Source: Ramazzottius varieornatus
Taxonomy: Eukaryota > Animalia > Tardigrada
Direction of reading: 5' to 3'
Length of the DNA: 64,000 bases
Assembly (NCBI GenBank): GCA_001949185.1
Contig: BDGG01000009.1
Span: forward strand, 857,624-921,623
Shown in pieces: positions 13,068 through 26,400 of this stretch (within the stretch, counting starts at the first letter, position 1; each line of letters opens with the position of its first letter). The notes beneath the pieces were generated by a model. The model did not search any database. It saw nothing but the letters and a program-made list of their open reading frames with translations, and had not been told where the DNA came from. Both the position numbers and the translations under genes were made by a program.

Positions 13068-16000
13068 TCAATGAGCGGCGTTTTCCAGTTGACACATGGC
13101 TTCATCAAGCTCGTCGGTTAAGCTGGCCAGCATGCCGGTAATCTCGTCCAAGCTGGAGACTTGATCTCGTGGTGGATTGCCGCCGTCACGAAAGACTAAG
13201 CTGTTGATGGGAGGTATACTCCTTCCCGCTCGTTGCTTGATAGTGCCGATATTATCTTGAGCAAATGGCATGGAACTGGCTTGTTGAATAGTCCGGCTGT
13301 TGTTGATGGGCTGTTGATGCTGCTCGACGCACGCAAAGGTTCGATGAGGCAGCGTCGGCGTCTTGTCCATATCCGTCGTGCTGGATGACAAGGAAGGACG
13401 AAGGAGCGGGGAAGGAGGTGGAGGAAAGCGGCTGAGACTGCCCAGCTCATTAAAGTCAAGCGTGTTGGGCGATGTCCGGCTTCTCGTCGATGGCTCCGCG
13501 GGCGGTAATCGATGGGCAGGGGGAAGTAATTTACTGGAGTTGACGAAACTGGCCAAGGGAGCTGCTGTCATAACAGTGGGCGAATTAACTAAACGCTCTC
13601 CCCGAGTAGGACTGATTACCGAATCCACAGAATCCATTCGATCTTTCACCGGACTTGAAGGACCACTCGATCCCTATAAACACAAACACAAAAACATTCA
13701 ATCGGAGGATACTTCAAACAGCCCTCCACAGCATGGACATTGATTGAAGATTCCTTGACAAGTTCTTTTCGTATTACTCATTTTTTTTAACGGGATTTTC
13801 TCAAAGTGAAAGCTTCATCTGATTTTGTGTTTTGCGGTTTACCTTTTCCGATCGATCAGTGCGAAAGACATGAGCCACCATTTTGGAGAAACTTTTGCCG
13901 GGAGACTTGAGACTTTTCCTCCTGGGAAGGGTACAGTGTCCATTGCTTAGGCCTCCATTCACCATATTCTCGCTCGGTTCTTCGGAGCTGGGTGAATGTT
14001 CGTCCTTGTCCGAACAGAGGAAGATTTCTTCCGAGTCTGGTGTCAGGGCTAGCGGTGAAGGATACCTTCCCAAAGCGGACCTGGGTCTCCACAAGGCCGG
14101 TTCGGAAGTGGGGTCCTTGACGGAAGACGTCAAGGACTGGAAGGTTGTCAGGACTGGTGCTTGTGTCTTGTGGCTCTCCAACAAGCGTCTTGGTGAGTTT
14201 AACGAGCTTCGACTGGCACTTGACTTGTCATCGTCCGCCAAATTATTACCCAGCTGACTGTCGTGTTGGCTCAGTTGAGAACCAGTAGAGAAGCGTTTCA
14301 TGTGATCTTCCATGGCAAGACTTTGCGCCGTCTGACGCCGTAAAGCTCGAAAGTGCTTGATGGCCAGTGTCAGTTTTTTCAGATGGCCTACAATAAGTGT
14401 CAGGTTTTATTTTTGTGCGAAACATGCAAGACTAAAATAAACAGGAGCTCGGCAAAGAAAGTCGAACGTGCACCCTTCCCGAGTGGCGCGCCCTTTCTTC
14501 CAAAAACACTGAGAACGTGCGCCACTCGAATGGACAAACTCGACCACATTGGTTTCCCAAGTGGCGCACTCATGCAACCGATAACACGGATATGATGCGC
14601 CACCTGGGTACACGGTCTGGTCGAATTTTTTCGCCGAGTTTCCTGAATACGCTAATTTATCAGTGAAGGAGGAATACTCGCTACAAGGAAAAGTATTTGA
14701 AACATTTTACGTAGCAAATTATACCGAGCTTCCTAACGCCGATGTCCTCGAGATCGTCCCACGTCATGTTGAGTATCTTGTCGATCGAGTTGTAATTTTG
14801 ATTTGTGAATACTGGCAAGTACTCGCTCATACCAACTGCGTGCAGGAACTGGGCGGCAGTGTCCTACATAGAATGAAAGAAAGAGGCTGGTTGAGTATAG
14901 GGTCTAGAAGATAATATGACATACTAAGAATGCACTCCTTTACGAAGGCAACTCACTGGAAGATCACATCCGAAATTGAGGTCCACGTTGGCTAGTTTGG
15001 CGATTTCCGCCCGAATCCTTTTACGATGATTGGGCTTGGTCAAGCCGATCGCCGTCAGATCCTGCAAAGAGTCCGAAGAACAATACGATCACGAAGCTCG
15101 ATGAATTGAGAAGGAAATTACATCAGCGGACATTATTATGCTGGAGTGGCGCGTAATTGTCCCTACTGACCTACTGACACAAGCGCTTCAAACACACCAG
15201 GGAATAAATAGCTGCCAAATGTTCAGTTTTAAAGTGCCCACTTCAACGAGCGCATTCACACCGACAACAGCGCCCACACAGGTTATGCTACTGCGTGGGC
15301 AAAAATCAACAGATGCGAAGTTAATGAGCGAGATAATTTTAAATGAGGGACCCCCGAGGTCCTATTGAACCATTTGGTGCATTACGAGATTTTGCTCTTT
15401 GAGAGAGATGGTTTAACCCACCTCAGTTGTCATCCGCGCAATGGTCGGCATATCGTAGGCAGCTTGGACGAAATTGGGAAAATATTCCGTGAACCCGATA
15501 CTTCCCAGCCAGGCACTCAAGACTTCGTTGTCCTACAATCGACATAAGTATGGTCAGTAATAACATCCGGCTTCGTCGTGACACTCAACATCAACCAGAA
15601 AACTGGAACGCGTTAATCCAACGAGTCGACAGAGAGCCAGAAAAGTCTTTTCAGCCACCTGCATACAAGACCCAACGAGCATACCGGGTGGCGTGTATGC
15701 AGGTACTTGAAGACAGCCAGAAAAGCTTTCACTTTTCTGCATCCAAACCGAACGGAGTACAGCATATAACGTGTATGCATGTGTATGAAAGGCGCCCTAT
15801 CGAATAAGCGTTACATACATTCATTCCGGACTGGAACATGGACGTGATATCCAAATTGGGTGCGGCATTGGGCGAGTTATTAAAGCTGCTGGTCGAATAA
15901 TTAGATCCATCAAAGGATGAGAAGGAGGATCTTGAGTGTCTGGAATCGCTGCTGCACATCAACTCAACATAATCCGACCGAGTGGGACTTTTCAAGTTGT

Positions 16001-19000
16001 CACTGGTCTGGCTTGTCATGACGTGGCAGTGGTCAGCTGGGCTTCCTCTCGAGTTGTGAAAGTCCGCCGTGTTCCGGTTGTAGTTGCGAAAGAAGGCAGC
16101 TGTGCCGGTGAGATCGCCATTGGGTTTGGGTGAGCGGAGAACAGCAGTAGAGCCTAAATGGAAAAGAGACAGTTTAAAGTGTCAGGAAGTAATTCATTTA
16201 GAGACGATATGGATCGGCCTGTGGAGTATCCAGCAGCTTTCCATCGGTCAGCTACAGCCAGATGTCCACTTTTACTTTGCAAACGTCGATAACGACCAAC
16301 ATGCTAATTCAGCCTGTTATCCATCCCCGATTTCCATCTATCAAGATTCAGATTTGGCTTCCATCCACTTGAAATTTGGTTACTTAATGCCTTCCGGACA
16401 TCAAATAAAAAGAAAAGTCTCAACTGTCCCTCCAAAGTCTAAAATGCCGTTTTCCAGCTAGACGAGAATATCAGTTTCTTATCCAGGAAAAATTATCAGA
16501 AAATGTTAATATTGGCAACAATTTATCGTGAGGCATCATTGTTTGATTATCTGACATTCGTTTTCATTGTGGGCTTAAGTACATAGCATACGCTATACAG
16601 ATATTAGCCGCTGGAAAGTCAGAGGAACTTTTGGGAAGGCAGGTGTGACACTTACCGGCATTACACTGTGGCGAAGGCAGCGGAGACTGTAGCGGCGAGT
16701 GTAAATGATTAAAAGTATTCCCCGTGCTACCAAAAGGATTAGAAGGATGCCCGCCGTAGATCCCATTGAGGGCAGAAGTCCCATTAACAGGGGGATTATT
16801 GGGTGCAATATTCAATCTCAGATTCATTCGGGCTTTGTGGGCGGCTGGCCCGTGTGTAGAGGAAGAGACCTCGGCTGCCGGTAACAGCAGTGGGTAAGTC
16901 AGGGTAGAATAGGGCGGATGGACAACTGACCCGTTGCCGTAGGAAGACAATGTGGATGAAGCGGAATCCGAAGAGGCCGTTGACTCTTGACTGCTGCCGC
17001 TGCTGCCAAAGCCCGAGCTGGATCCCAGCGAGACGTTGGATAGGCGATTGAATTTCTCATCGGGGACGACAGGCGGCGGGACATTGTTCAGGACCTTAAC
17101 ACGCCGGAAGCTGCCCCGTAAGATGCAGCTGGAGCGTGTGGAGATGCCGCGAGCCGTCTGTGGCTCCATGTCGGGGGAGGAATTTGCAGCGGAAGGAGCG
17201 TGGTCGCCGCCAGCTTCCGATGAGGTACTGCAGCGGGCTTGAAGAGCTACAGTAACAAAAAGCAAACAGCACCTCGTTAGTTGCGCACTTTTTCCATCGT
17301 CACGCATCCGCTAGCACTTCTTCACTTGACGTCTGATCTCATTTCAACAACACAGACATCATCATTGATACTTAGTGTCCATTCCTCAAGGCCGATTAAT
17401 TTTTATATGCCTTGCTCATCCATCCACCATCTTGGCAGCTTGTGATGATGCTTATTCTGGTCGTAACAAACGGTAAATTCTTGGCCGAACATCACCTTGC
17501 TTTCCACTGAGTGTATTCCGATTACCACAGAGCCCAACTGAACTGACGCACCCCATGCTGTGCTGTTCAAAACCTGACATGTCCGCGTCTGTCATCTCTA
17601 CATCATACTGTTTGGTATCAGCGAACGCTTCAAGTGTCAGACTCGACAGCAGATATTGAACAGTTGGAAAACCCGCAGCTTGTCAGCTCAATTATGCACG
17701 AGTCTCTCAACGCTTGCGCCAAAGTACAGTGGCAGCCACTGTCCAGCAATGTATCATTGCGTAGGAGTAAAGCCCACGCCTTGCACCCTAGCTCCTCCTA
17801 CTCCTACGGAAGATCAACACAGCGTAGGAGTAACGCACAGGCCGCAGACTTCCAGTCCCCCTACTCCTATCGAAAATTCAAACTCACTCATACGGCGCAT
17901 TACGTCAGTGCAGGCTTGTCTTTGTGTTACATGATTATCAGGATGTGGTTGCTGACGTATTCGCGAAACCGTTTGTAGGCGTACGAGCATTTCACTTGAC
18001 AACCTGTGGTGAAGGATCTGTGGCCAAACTGATGAAGTCGTGAGTGCCCGAGGTAGTATTCAGGGTCAGTTGATTACAGGTTTAAATTTAGCCACCACCT
18101 GGTATGGTCAATCATCGATGGGCGCATGGACTGGCCACAGAAGGTAACCTGTCCGTGTGCATTCCGGAGCAAAGTGTCAGGTTGATTTAACGCATCGTCA
18201 AAGACCGCAAAAAAGACCACTGTGCAACCACTTGTTTCAACATTTATCCGCCTGATTTCTTCGCCCCATGCTACGAGCTTTATTCATACAACGTAAATAT
18301 AAATTAGCTGGCAGAAAGCGAATCTACCGGTTCGACAAGTCCCCAGTTGATACGATCAAGCACGAGATCGATTTTGTATCATCTCGATACTTTGTCCTTC
18401 AATTTAAATTATTCTTTCCGGGCACGCAACAGAAAATCTTCGAGCCATCTGACGCAGTCTCCTGTGCAGACGTGGGAACTCGGCAAACCGAGTCGATGAA
18501 ATCGTTTTCCCAAGCGGCACACGATACCAACCCAAAAACACTGTCAAAATGCGACAGTTTGTCAAGCTTGCTTTTCCAAGTGGCGCAGGCTTCCAGCGTT
18601 ATTGGCTGAGACCGTACGCCACCTTTAGAATTAATAATATGGTGCTTGTTTATTAAGTGGCGCACCTTTCTGAACAGAAAAACTAGATACCTGCGCCACT
18701 CCGGAAAACCACCACTGCAGTTCGTTTGCCGAGCTCCTATAGACTACATTTTGAAAATTTTTTGAAAGTCCAAAACATAAAGCTTTTACGACGCTGGATA
18801 TCCCATTACATCCTCGTGAACATAATGTTCTGTGGTGGTGCCGTCGGATATCGTCGTCACTATCGACATTTCCGCTGACAGAATCCTGCCTGTTATTTGA
18901 TTAGAAGTTGAACACTTTTAAGGCTGCTCTACTTTCTCACTGCATACCAAACTGTGTGAAGCCATTACGCATGCTTGGTCACAATAAATCATTGTGCCGG

Positions 19001-21376
19001 CTACACCACCACGTGCAGTTCCTCCGCTGGAAATATCATGCTCGCCATTTCTTAAGCTTCACCGCGTCCTTGCTTGAGCATCGGCCATTGTCCGTCAGCA
19101 ATAACTTTCTAAATTGTATTGACCAGTCTGTCAAATGGCCAAGTGCCGTGCCGATTAATCCACTCTGTTTACGTCGTTCCTCAAAGTTTAAACTTCCTCA
19201 AGTTTTTAACGTCCATGTTATTTTCGGCGAATGTCCATTAAAGGCTAACGTTACTTTATCTGGCCGGTTTCAGCTGACAATTTACTTTCCGCCTTTAATT
19301 TTACCTCTCCAGCTAAGCAAACACTCGGGTTTGCCCATCAAAACATCCCTCAAGATGCAAGCAAAACAACCCGAAAATCCCTTCCTGGCTTTTCCGGCCG
19401 GAGATTTGCTCTTCAGCTTTTCTGAAATCAACCAGTTAATGTCGTGATAAGAAGCCCAACTTGGTTTCGCTTTCTAACTGGACAAACATCGCCGAGTAAG
19501 TCCCCGTCTCTGTCTGGCTAAGGTGTGAGTGTAAAGAGCGGGTATCGATATCGTCGAGTGTGGCCAGTCCGGTTCGGTCTCGCTCTGCCAACTAGGAATC
19601 TCCATCAAGCAGAAAGTCGGGGCTATTTTGAGAAATCAAAGCGCGAGAACGGACGGCATCACTGAAAATTCTTAAGGAGATTACTTGGCCTCGAAGGATA
19701 AGGATCAATACAGATTTTGTCTGCTTTCGAATCAACTTTTAAGCGATCTCGCACTACACATGTTCATCTCTCCGACCTGACAGGACATTGCCATCCGATA
19801 AAGATGACCGGCAGCTTTACTGCCATGCTGACCCAAACACGAACAGCAGGCTCGTACAACCATAGTGGAAGAACCCGTCGGTCGGCAGGCCATTCGGTCT
19901 GCAGCTGACCACCTCGAGAAACGGTGGTTCCATTTCCAGTGACGTCACAAAATGCGCTGTACGGCTCACCACATCATGGTGACTTCCTGTCAGTTTGCCA
20001 GCCGTGTTTCCGTATATCGGAATGGCGGAGTGAAATGGAAAGATTACCAGCAGCCGTCGATCATATTGCACGATCGACAGGCCAATATCACGCTGTAAAA
20101 AGTGTTTTTGGGTGTGACACACATTGCTATTCATTGAAAAGTCCATATGCGCAGCAACTTTGGCCATTCAAGCCTGTGAAAATCAAACAAACACGATCAA
20201 GTTTGCCAGGATTTGACTCTTGTCAACACCGGATCACCAAAAATAACCAAAGCATTGACGAGCCACCTATTCTTCCGCTGAGCAGATCGCTTGTAAGGCC
20301 TTGAGCCGGCTCAGCAATATTAGATGACAGACAAGTGCGCTTCAACACGTTAGGCGGAAATTCAATTCATCACTCGCCGTACAAAATCAATTCTCGCACT
20401 TTGATGTCGAAGAAATTGAACAATCGCTTGCCCTGTAATACCCTCACATATTTTGCCACTACCCGCCGTGCCGAGCAAACTACTTACCTGTCTGCTGAGC
20501 AAACTCGAGCACTCGAGTCGACCAACAAACCAGTTTTTGACCGGTGCGCTCTATATGCTAGATAGAGCTTAATTACCTCGTTAGTCTTCATAACCAGACA
20601 TATTCCTATTATTTCAGCATAATTATCAGGTATAATCATATGACAGAGATTATGTGGCCGACTTCAATCACGACATCGTTCTCATGGGAAATCCACCCCC
20701 GCGTCAATAAATAGAACGCGCATCTCCCCTTTGTCCCTCTCTAACATATGTAACGACACCCGCCTTCACAGTCATCTAAATTTTTCCCATAATAAAATTC
20801 ATCTGCAATCCGGAAACCATGATTTTCCTCGGTCCCACACAGAAAACTTAACCTTGATGATCTTCGGGAACTGTTTTCCCAAGTGGCGCATCTCAACAGC
20901 CAAAAACACTGTCAACATGCGCCACTACGGAAAACGATCTGGCCGAATTTGTTTCCCAAACTTCCATTTAAACGAAGGAAAAACTCAAGTATCGAAATTG
21001 AAATTTGAATATGGCTCTATTCTATGCAAACAATATCTGCATACAATAGCATATAGGATGTCTGGACAGAGTACGAGTTTCTCGAAAGCTCACCTTCTTT
21101 GTTGCTTTTCCCAGAAGCCGAGTGGGTAGATTTCTTTTTGGCCGATAGTTCCTTTGGAGAGATGGACAAAGCGGTGTAGGGTGACTTTTGTTGTGCTGCC
21201 GGGACATTCCCAGCAAACGGTGAAGAAGACAATGATAAGGGCGAAGTCGTCATAGGCAGCATAACAGTCTGATGATCACCGTTGCTGCCACTAGTCGACA
21301 GGGAAGTATGAAGTGCCGTGTGGTTATCAGGAAAAGATGCATGCTCGTTGTTGATGTTTGAACTCTGGTTCCCCAT
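13068..21376 (-). CDS. CASKIN: Caskin-like scaffold protein (tandem SAM domains plus Caskin C-terminal motif)
   Basis: SAM1 is spliced from ~15531-15421 and ~15061-14957 (DNEVLSAWLGSIGFTEYFPNFVQAAYDMPTIARMTTE|DLTAIGLTKPNHRKRIRAEI). SAM2 is at ~14865-14726 (FLHAVGMSEYLPVF...MTWDDLEDIGVRKL). The C-terminus LDEITGMLASLTDELDEAM matches the Caskin tail. Upstream exons 21376-21094, 17246-~16656 and ~16153-15819 join in consistent phase. The start codon is uncertain. Confidence 0.82.
14444..14642. repeat. Palindromic element, two-core copy (Caskin intron)
   Basis: ggagctcggcaaag...cores at 14481 and 14559...tcgccgagtttc. Confidence 0.88.
17760..17872. repeat. Tandem pair of inverted-repeat units CGTAGGAGTA-N29-TACTCCTA(C/T)
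   Basis: Units start at 17760 and 17823. Arms are near-perfect, and both spacers are 29 nt but differ in sequence. Lies in the long Caskin intron. Confidence 0.75.
18474..18737. repeat. Palindromic element, three-core copy (Caskin long intron)
   Basis: gggaactcggcaaacc...three cores...tttgccgagctcc. Confidence 0.82.
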
Positions 21377-23413
21377 TCTCCGAGCTTGGCTGATATCGAG
21401 GCGATTATGTATTAATCGGTTGATGCCTGGCGCGAAGAGGCAAATACACAACTATCTGCAGACAGGAGGGCACAGATGAAAACAATATAATAAAAATGCT
21501 TGGACAGCTGCCGTGACTTCGGCATTTTGGCGATTTTGCCTGCTAACAGCCAAAAAATGCCCTACGGTTCAAACATGAACAAACTGGCCAGTTGACATTT
21601 TGCCCACATACTCACATTCTTCCGTCCAAAGAGTAAACTACCCTCCAATATTAAATCGAACTCGTATCGTGGTGAAAATCTATTCTGAGCTCGCACCGTC
21701 CAAAAGAAAGGGTTGACTGTCAAACGCGGATCACCCTCCCCACGCTTGCTCTGCAGTCTCGTACTACGGTCTTGACTAAGGAGCCGAGTGCGAAGTGCAG
21801 AAAGAGACTGACCACTCTCGACCACACCCAACTCTAATCCGTATTACAACTGCCTCGTAAAAGCGGCGCACACAGCCAGTAAGCTACAAACGAGGAAGTA
21901 GACTGGTCAGCGTCGGCCAATCGATTTCCCTCCCTTTCCACTGTGCAAATTTTCCCTGCAAAGGTAGACCAATAAAGTCAGGTGGAGCCCATGCGAACGA
22001 TGCGAACTACCGATACCAGAGAAATTATTCAGGCCCGACTGACCGTTGCGCGTCTCGTCTGTCTGAAGAGGTGGAAGAGGCGCACTTGACATGAGCCAAC
22101 TTTGCCTCGAAATTTCCCTCTAGAGCCTAAACAAGCACTAAACGACGTCGTGAATTTCCACCCGGGTCTTCGGGTCAGTGCTAAATCAAAAGAAGAGGCG
22201 TTATTACCGGACAGGTGGTCAACAGATCCATCAAAAGTTTCGGAAGCACTTGAGAAGGCGTAACATGAGAAGGTAGTAGGATATATTGAACTTGATCAGC
22301 GGGAAGGACCCAGGGGAAATTACCTTTTTGTCAGCTGGACCGATGAGCCATGAATCGCTGTCACCTACAGAACAATTCTGTCAGTATCAAAACAATTATA
22401 AGCGTTTATTCCAATATGCTCACATTTGGGACTTTCGGAAACGAAATGAACAGGATCGTTGTCTCAAGTGGCTCACGTAATCGTTGCTCCTGGCTGAAAG
22501 GGTGCGCCACTTAGAAAAACAGTCTTGTCGGCTCTGAACGTTTTCCCAAGTGGCGCACGTTCACGGTATAATTGGTCAAAGGTGCACGCCACCTGAGAAA
22601 CCGATCACGTTCAAGTCATTTACCGATGTCTCGCTTTTAGAATTTGTGTAAGATTTCATCTTTCACATATTTTAGACCTTAGGAAGAACAAGATGAGGAA
22701 GAAAAAAACTGGTACCCGGGGGAGGTTGCCTGGTTGGCGCAGGTAAGCAAGTAGTACTCGAGCCTTTGCCCACCGATCAAATATTGCTCAATCATTATCC
22801 GCGTTGAGAACTTATTGAAGAGCTTCCTGTACATTTCCCCTGCAACGTAAAACGAAGACAGTGCCAGTTTCCTGCGCAGGTCAGATAACTCCGTTTCGTG
22901 CCAACTGCCCGATTTAAGTGCGCTGTTTTCAGGACTGCGTCTGCCTACTCAGCTAGGCAATCGTTCGAGCGTTCATCATAAAGCCAGACTGCTGTTTTCC
23001 GCAGGAAAAAGTCTATGCTGTAGGTAATCATAAAACTTAAACTGCGCCTTTTAATGCCTTTGGGTAGAAAGTATGCCGCGAAGGCTTTCCGACACGAATA
23101 CATCCAAGCGCGCATTTCGCTACTCAATAAAAGCTTTGATGGTGTTACTGCCAAAGATGGATATGAAAGAGTCTTTACCCTTGGCGTTAGGCGCACGAGC
23201 GTTCGGCAAGTAAAATTAAACTGTCAAATTCTATTCGTTTACCATTCGGCCGTACACAAATCATACACTAGGCGCATATTCTTCATAAAGGCAATCAAAA
23301 GGTTTTGGACAAAAGCAGCGGCAGTAAAGATTGTCAATAAGTAAGGAAGCACAGACTAGTCACTGAACACTATTATAAATAGTTTTTCACTACGACAAAA
23401 TCGATATGATATT

Positions 23414-26400
23414 CTACAGCTTACGTCCTTCAGCGCTTTGGTTTCCCAGAGGAGTGACGGTAGTTCGTTCCTCCTCAGTCTTCTGGACGCTTCGAACACC
23501 GATTCCTCGTTCTTCAGCAGGGCTGGCCAACTTTTGCGTCTCCAAGTCCGCCGGTGTAATAAACTCGCCGGAAATTGGGAGGACCATGACGGGTTCTCGG
23601 GCTTCTTCCGTCACTTCCACGGTCTGTTCCACAGCGACGGGACCTTCGGTGGCTTCTTTGCCGCTGTGGACCATGTTCATCACCTTCTCCATGACAGTTG
23701 CCGTACCTGCCTTGACCGAATCGACCATACTTTCCACCACTGTGCTGTGCATAACGTTGTCGATACTGGTCATCACCGAGTCGACAATGCTTCCTCTGCG
23801 TTCTGAAACATAACCAGATATCTTACGGACTGCAAGCGAAGCGTACTAGAGCGTTATTCCAAGTGGCGCACACTTCCTGCTAACGACAAGGACAGCGTGC
23901 GCCACTTGGGGAAACGATTTCGGACTGTCAGTTCGCCAGTCTCCCAAATATGAAAATCCTCCTCGGCGCAAACTTTTTAATTTTAGTTTCGGCTTGTTTC
24001 ATTTTACTTTGCTTTGTTTTATCATGTTTTATTATAACTGATTCTGAATTATTCCATCTTGTTATTTTATTTATGTGTGTATACCTTCTCCGGCGCTGGA
24101 AGTGTGGTGCGTAGTTTCGACCGTCACATCTTCGGTCTTTTCCTTCACTTCGAACGGCAGGTACTCATCCTCAGCAGCGCTGGCTTCGGCAGCTTTGGCT
24201 TGCAGGATACCCACGACGCTACCGACAGCTCCGGCCACCGTCTCCACCACCGAGGTGAAGACGCCTTTCTGCTCCACGGGAGAGGGTTCGTGGCTCTCTT
24301 CGAAGCTAGGAGGCGGACTGCCTTTCTGAAGGGTACGTTGGGCTTCATTCTGGGCTTTGAACTGCTCGGTGGCGACCGAAGTTTCTTGGTGGGAATCATG
24401 CAGCATGTCCACTGAACTAGGCATGGGAGAACTCAAAGCAACACGGTTGAAACCGGCAGCGGAAGTAGCGTCTCCCACTTCACAAACCGGAGGCTGCGAA
24501 TTCTCTACAACACAGGGAAAGCCATCACTGCAACCTACTTGCTCTTTAGATATCTGAAAACCTGCGGTGAAACGTACCGTTGATGGCGAGGTTTTTTAAA
24601 GCAGCGTCCAAGTTGGGACCAGCTGCGCCTTGGATCCCAGAGGAAAAGCCAAAGTCGGCACGGCTGTTGTGTGGGGTGACCGGAACGTGGGGCGGAGCGA
24701 GCGGTTGTGCGGTGTGCGACACCGAGCTCACACTGGTAATGTCTCGTAGAGTTCGAAGGCCAGCCGAGTGCTCCTCGGCGGGACCTTGCACACCTTGTTG
24801 TACTTGCGGCACCAGACCAAGGGCCGCCACGGAGCGCAGGTGATGCCCACCCACTGGACCTATAGAAAAGCAGACTTTTAATCATCCACAGGTTTCGTAA
24901 ACTAGACGTCGATGAAGGCGCAACTGGGAGGAGCTCGGCAGGCAAACTCAGCCAGATCGTCTACGCAAGTGGCGCACGCCTACAGCCGATAACACTGTGA
25001 AAGCACGCCACTTAGGAAAACAACGACACTCAACGAGATCGCTTTCCAGCTGGCGTACGCTTAAAGCTGATATCACTGGCAATGTGTGCCACTTGAGAAA
25101 GCGATTGTGTTGAGCTTGTTTCAAAAGCCTTAAGCCCTTACCTGCATAAGCAGACGGTCGTCCCAGGATGCCTTGGGCTGTTCCGTAGGACGAGCCAATC
25201 TAAAAAAAGAGAAGTCTGACAATGAAAGCAGTGCTGGCTCACTTGCCAGACAGTCAAATTTCAACGAGGACGAATACTTACATCAGCAGCCAAAGGAGCG
25301 CCTCGTTCCAACCCCGCAACCGAGGACACCCGTTCAAAGGACTGCGGGGTCGGCTCCTGTGTCAGCAGTGTCAAGTTCGACTCTGACTTGTCCACGTTCA
25401 AGTCCACCCCACGCGAAGCCGACAGACTGTGTAACTCGGTGTTCAAATTTGGTGGCGGTGAGACGATACCCGCCATCGAACGAAGCAGCGTCTGCGCTCG
25501 TTCTTCCGTGGTGACGGTACCCAGTCTCTGCTGGAGACTTCCCAATCGACTGTCATAGTCATCGCGCTGTTCCGGAAGGGACAGCTGTGGCTCGATGGCC
25601 GATCTACCTGGTGGGGAGGAGGTGCTTCCCGTCAAGGAGTTTCGGTGTTGACCAATCTTCTCAAACTTATCACTAAACTCTTCACCGTGCTTCTTGACGT
25701 CACTGACTGTTTCGACGGCACTGCCACCGGTTGGACCCAAGTTCCATTCTTCGCTGGACCGGATGAGATGACCTGTTTCGGCGACGGCTGGACGGACATC
25801 TACGCTTTCAAACTTGGTGGAAGTGACGACGTGACCGGTGGTCTTTGATGGCGAACGGATCCCCTCCGCTTGTCGCATGGCCAGAGTCTGGCTATGCAGG
25901 TCCGATGATGCCAGACTAGGCTGGGTATACTTTTCAGAACCAAAAGAGCTTGAATGAACATCCTTAATTGTGGTTGTTAAAGCACCTAACACAAGCACAA
26001 ACATCAATTCACTACTTCAACAATATTCGTAAATTATTTTAAAACATCTCTGGGGTCAGCAAGCGAACGTTTGTTTCAAGTGGCGCAGGTAAGAACCTAA
26101 TCAGACTGGAAAACTGCGCCATCTCGGCAAACAAACTCGACCAGATCGTTTCACGTGGGGCACTTTATAGGCATTATTAGCTGTGGACATGGGCCATTTG
26201 AAGAAGCGTTCTTTCCGAGTTCATTTGCTCAGGTCCCATTTCGAATATTCTTCTTTTTATTTCAAACCGATTCGTACGTTTACTCTATCACATTTTTTTT
26301 CGAATTTCATAAGCAGAATTTCTTACTGTGATCTTGAATGTCCTCCCACTTTCCAATGTCTGTGTTCCGCGCTTCCGGTGGAGTTTCGAAGCGGTTACGG

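Noticed and set aside
18908-19447. 179-aa ORF inside the long Caskin intron
   Set aside because: Non-ATG start, no recognisable motif and no supporting splice structure.
23414-23425. C-terminal RKL as a peroxisomal targeting signal
   Set aside because: Arg at position -3 does not fit the canonical small-residue PTS1 consensus.
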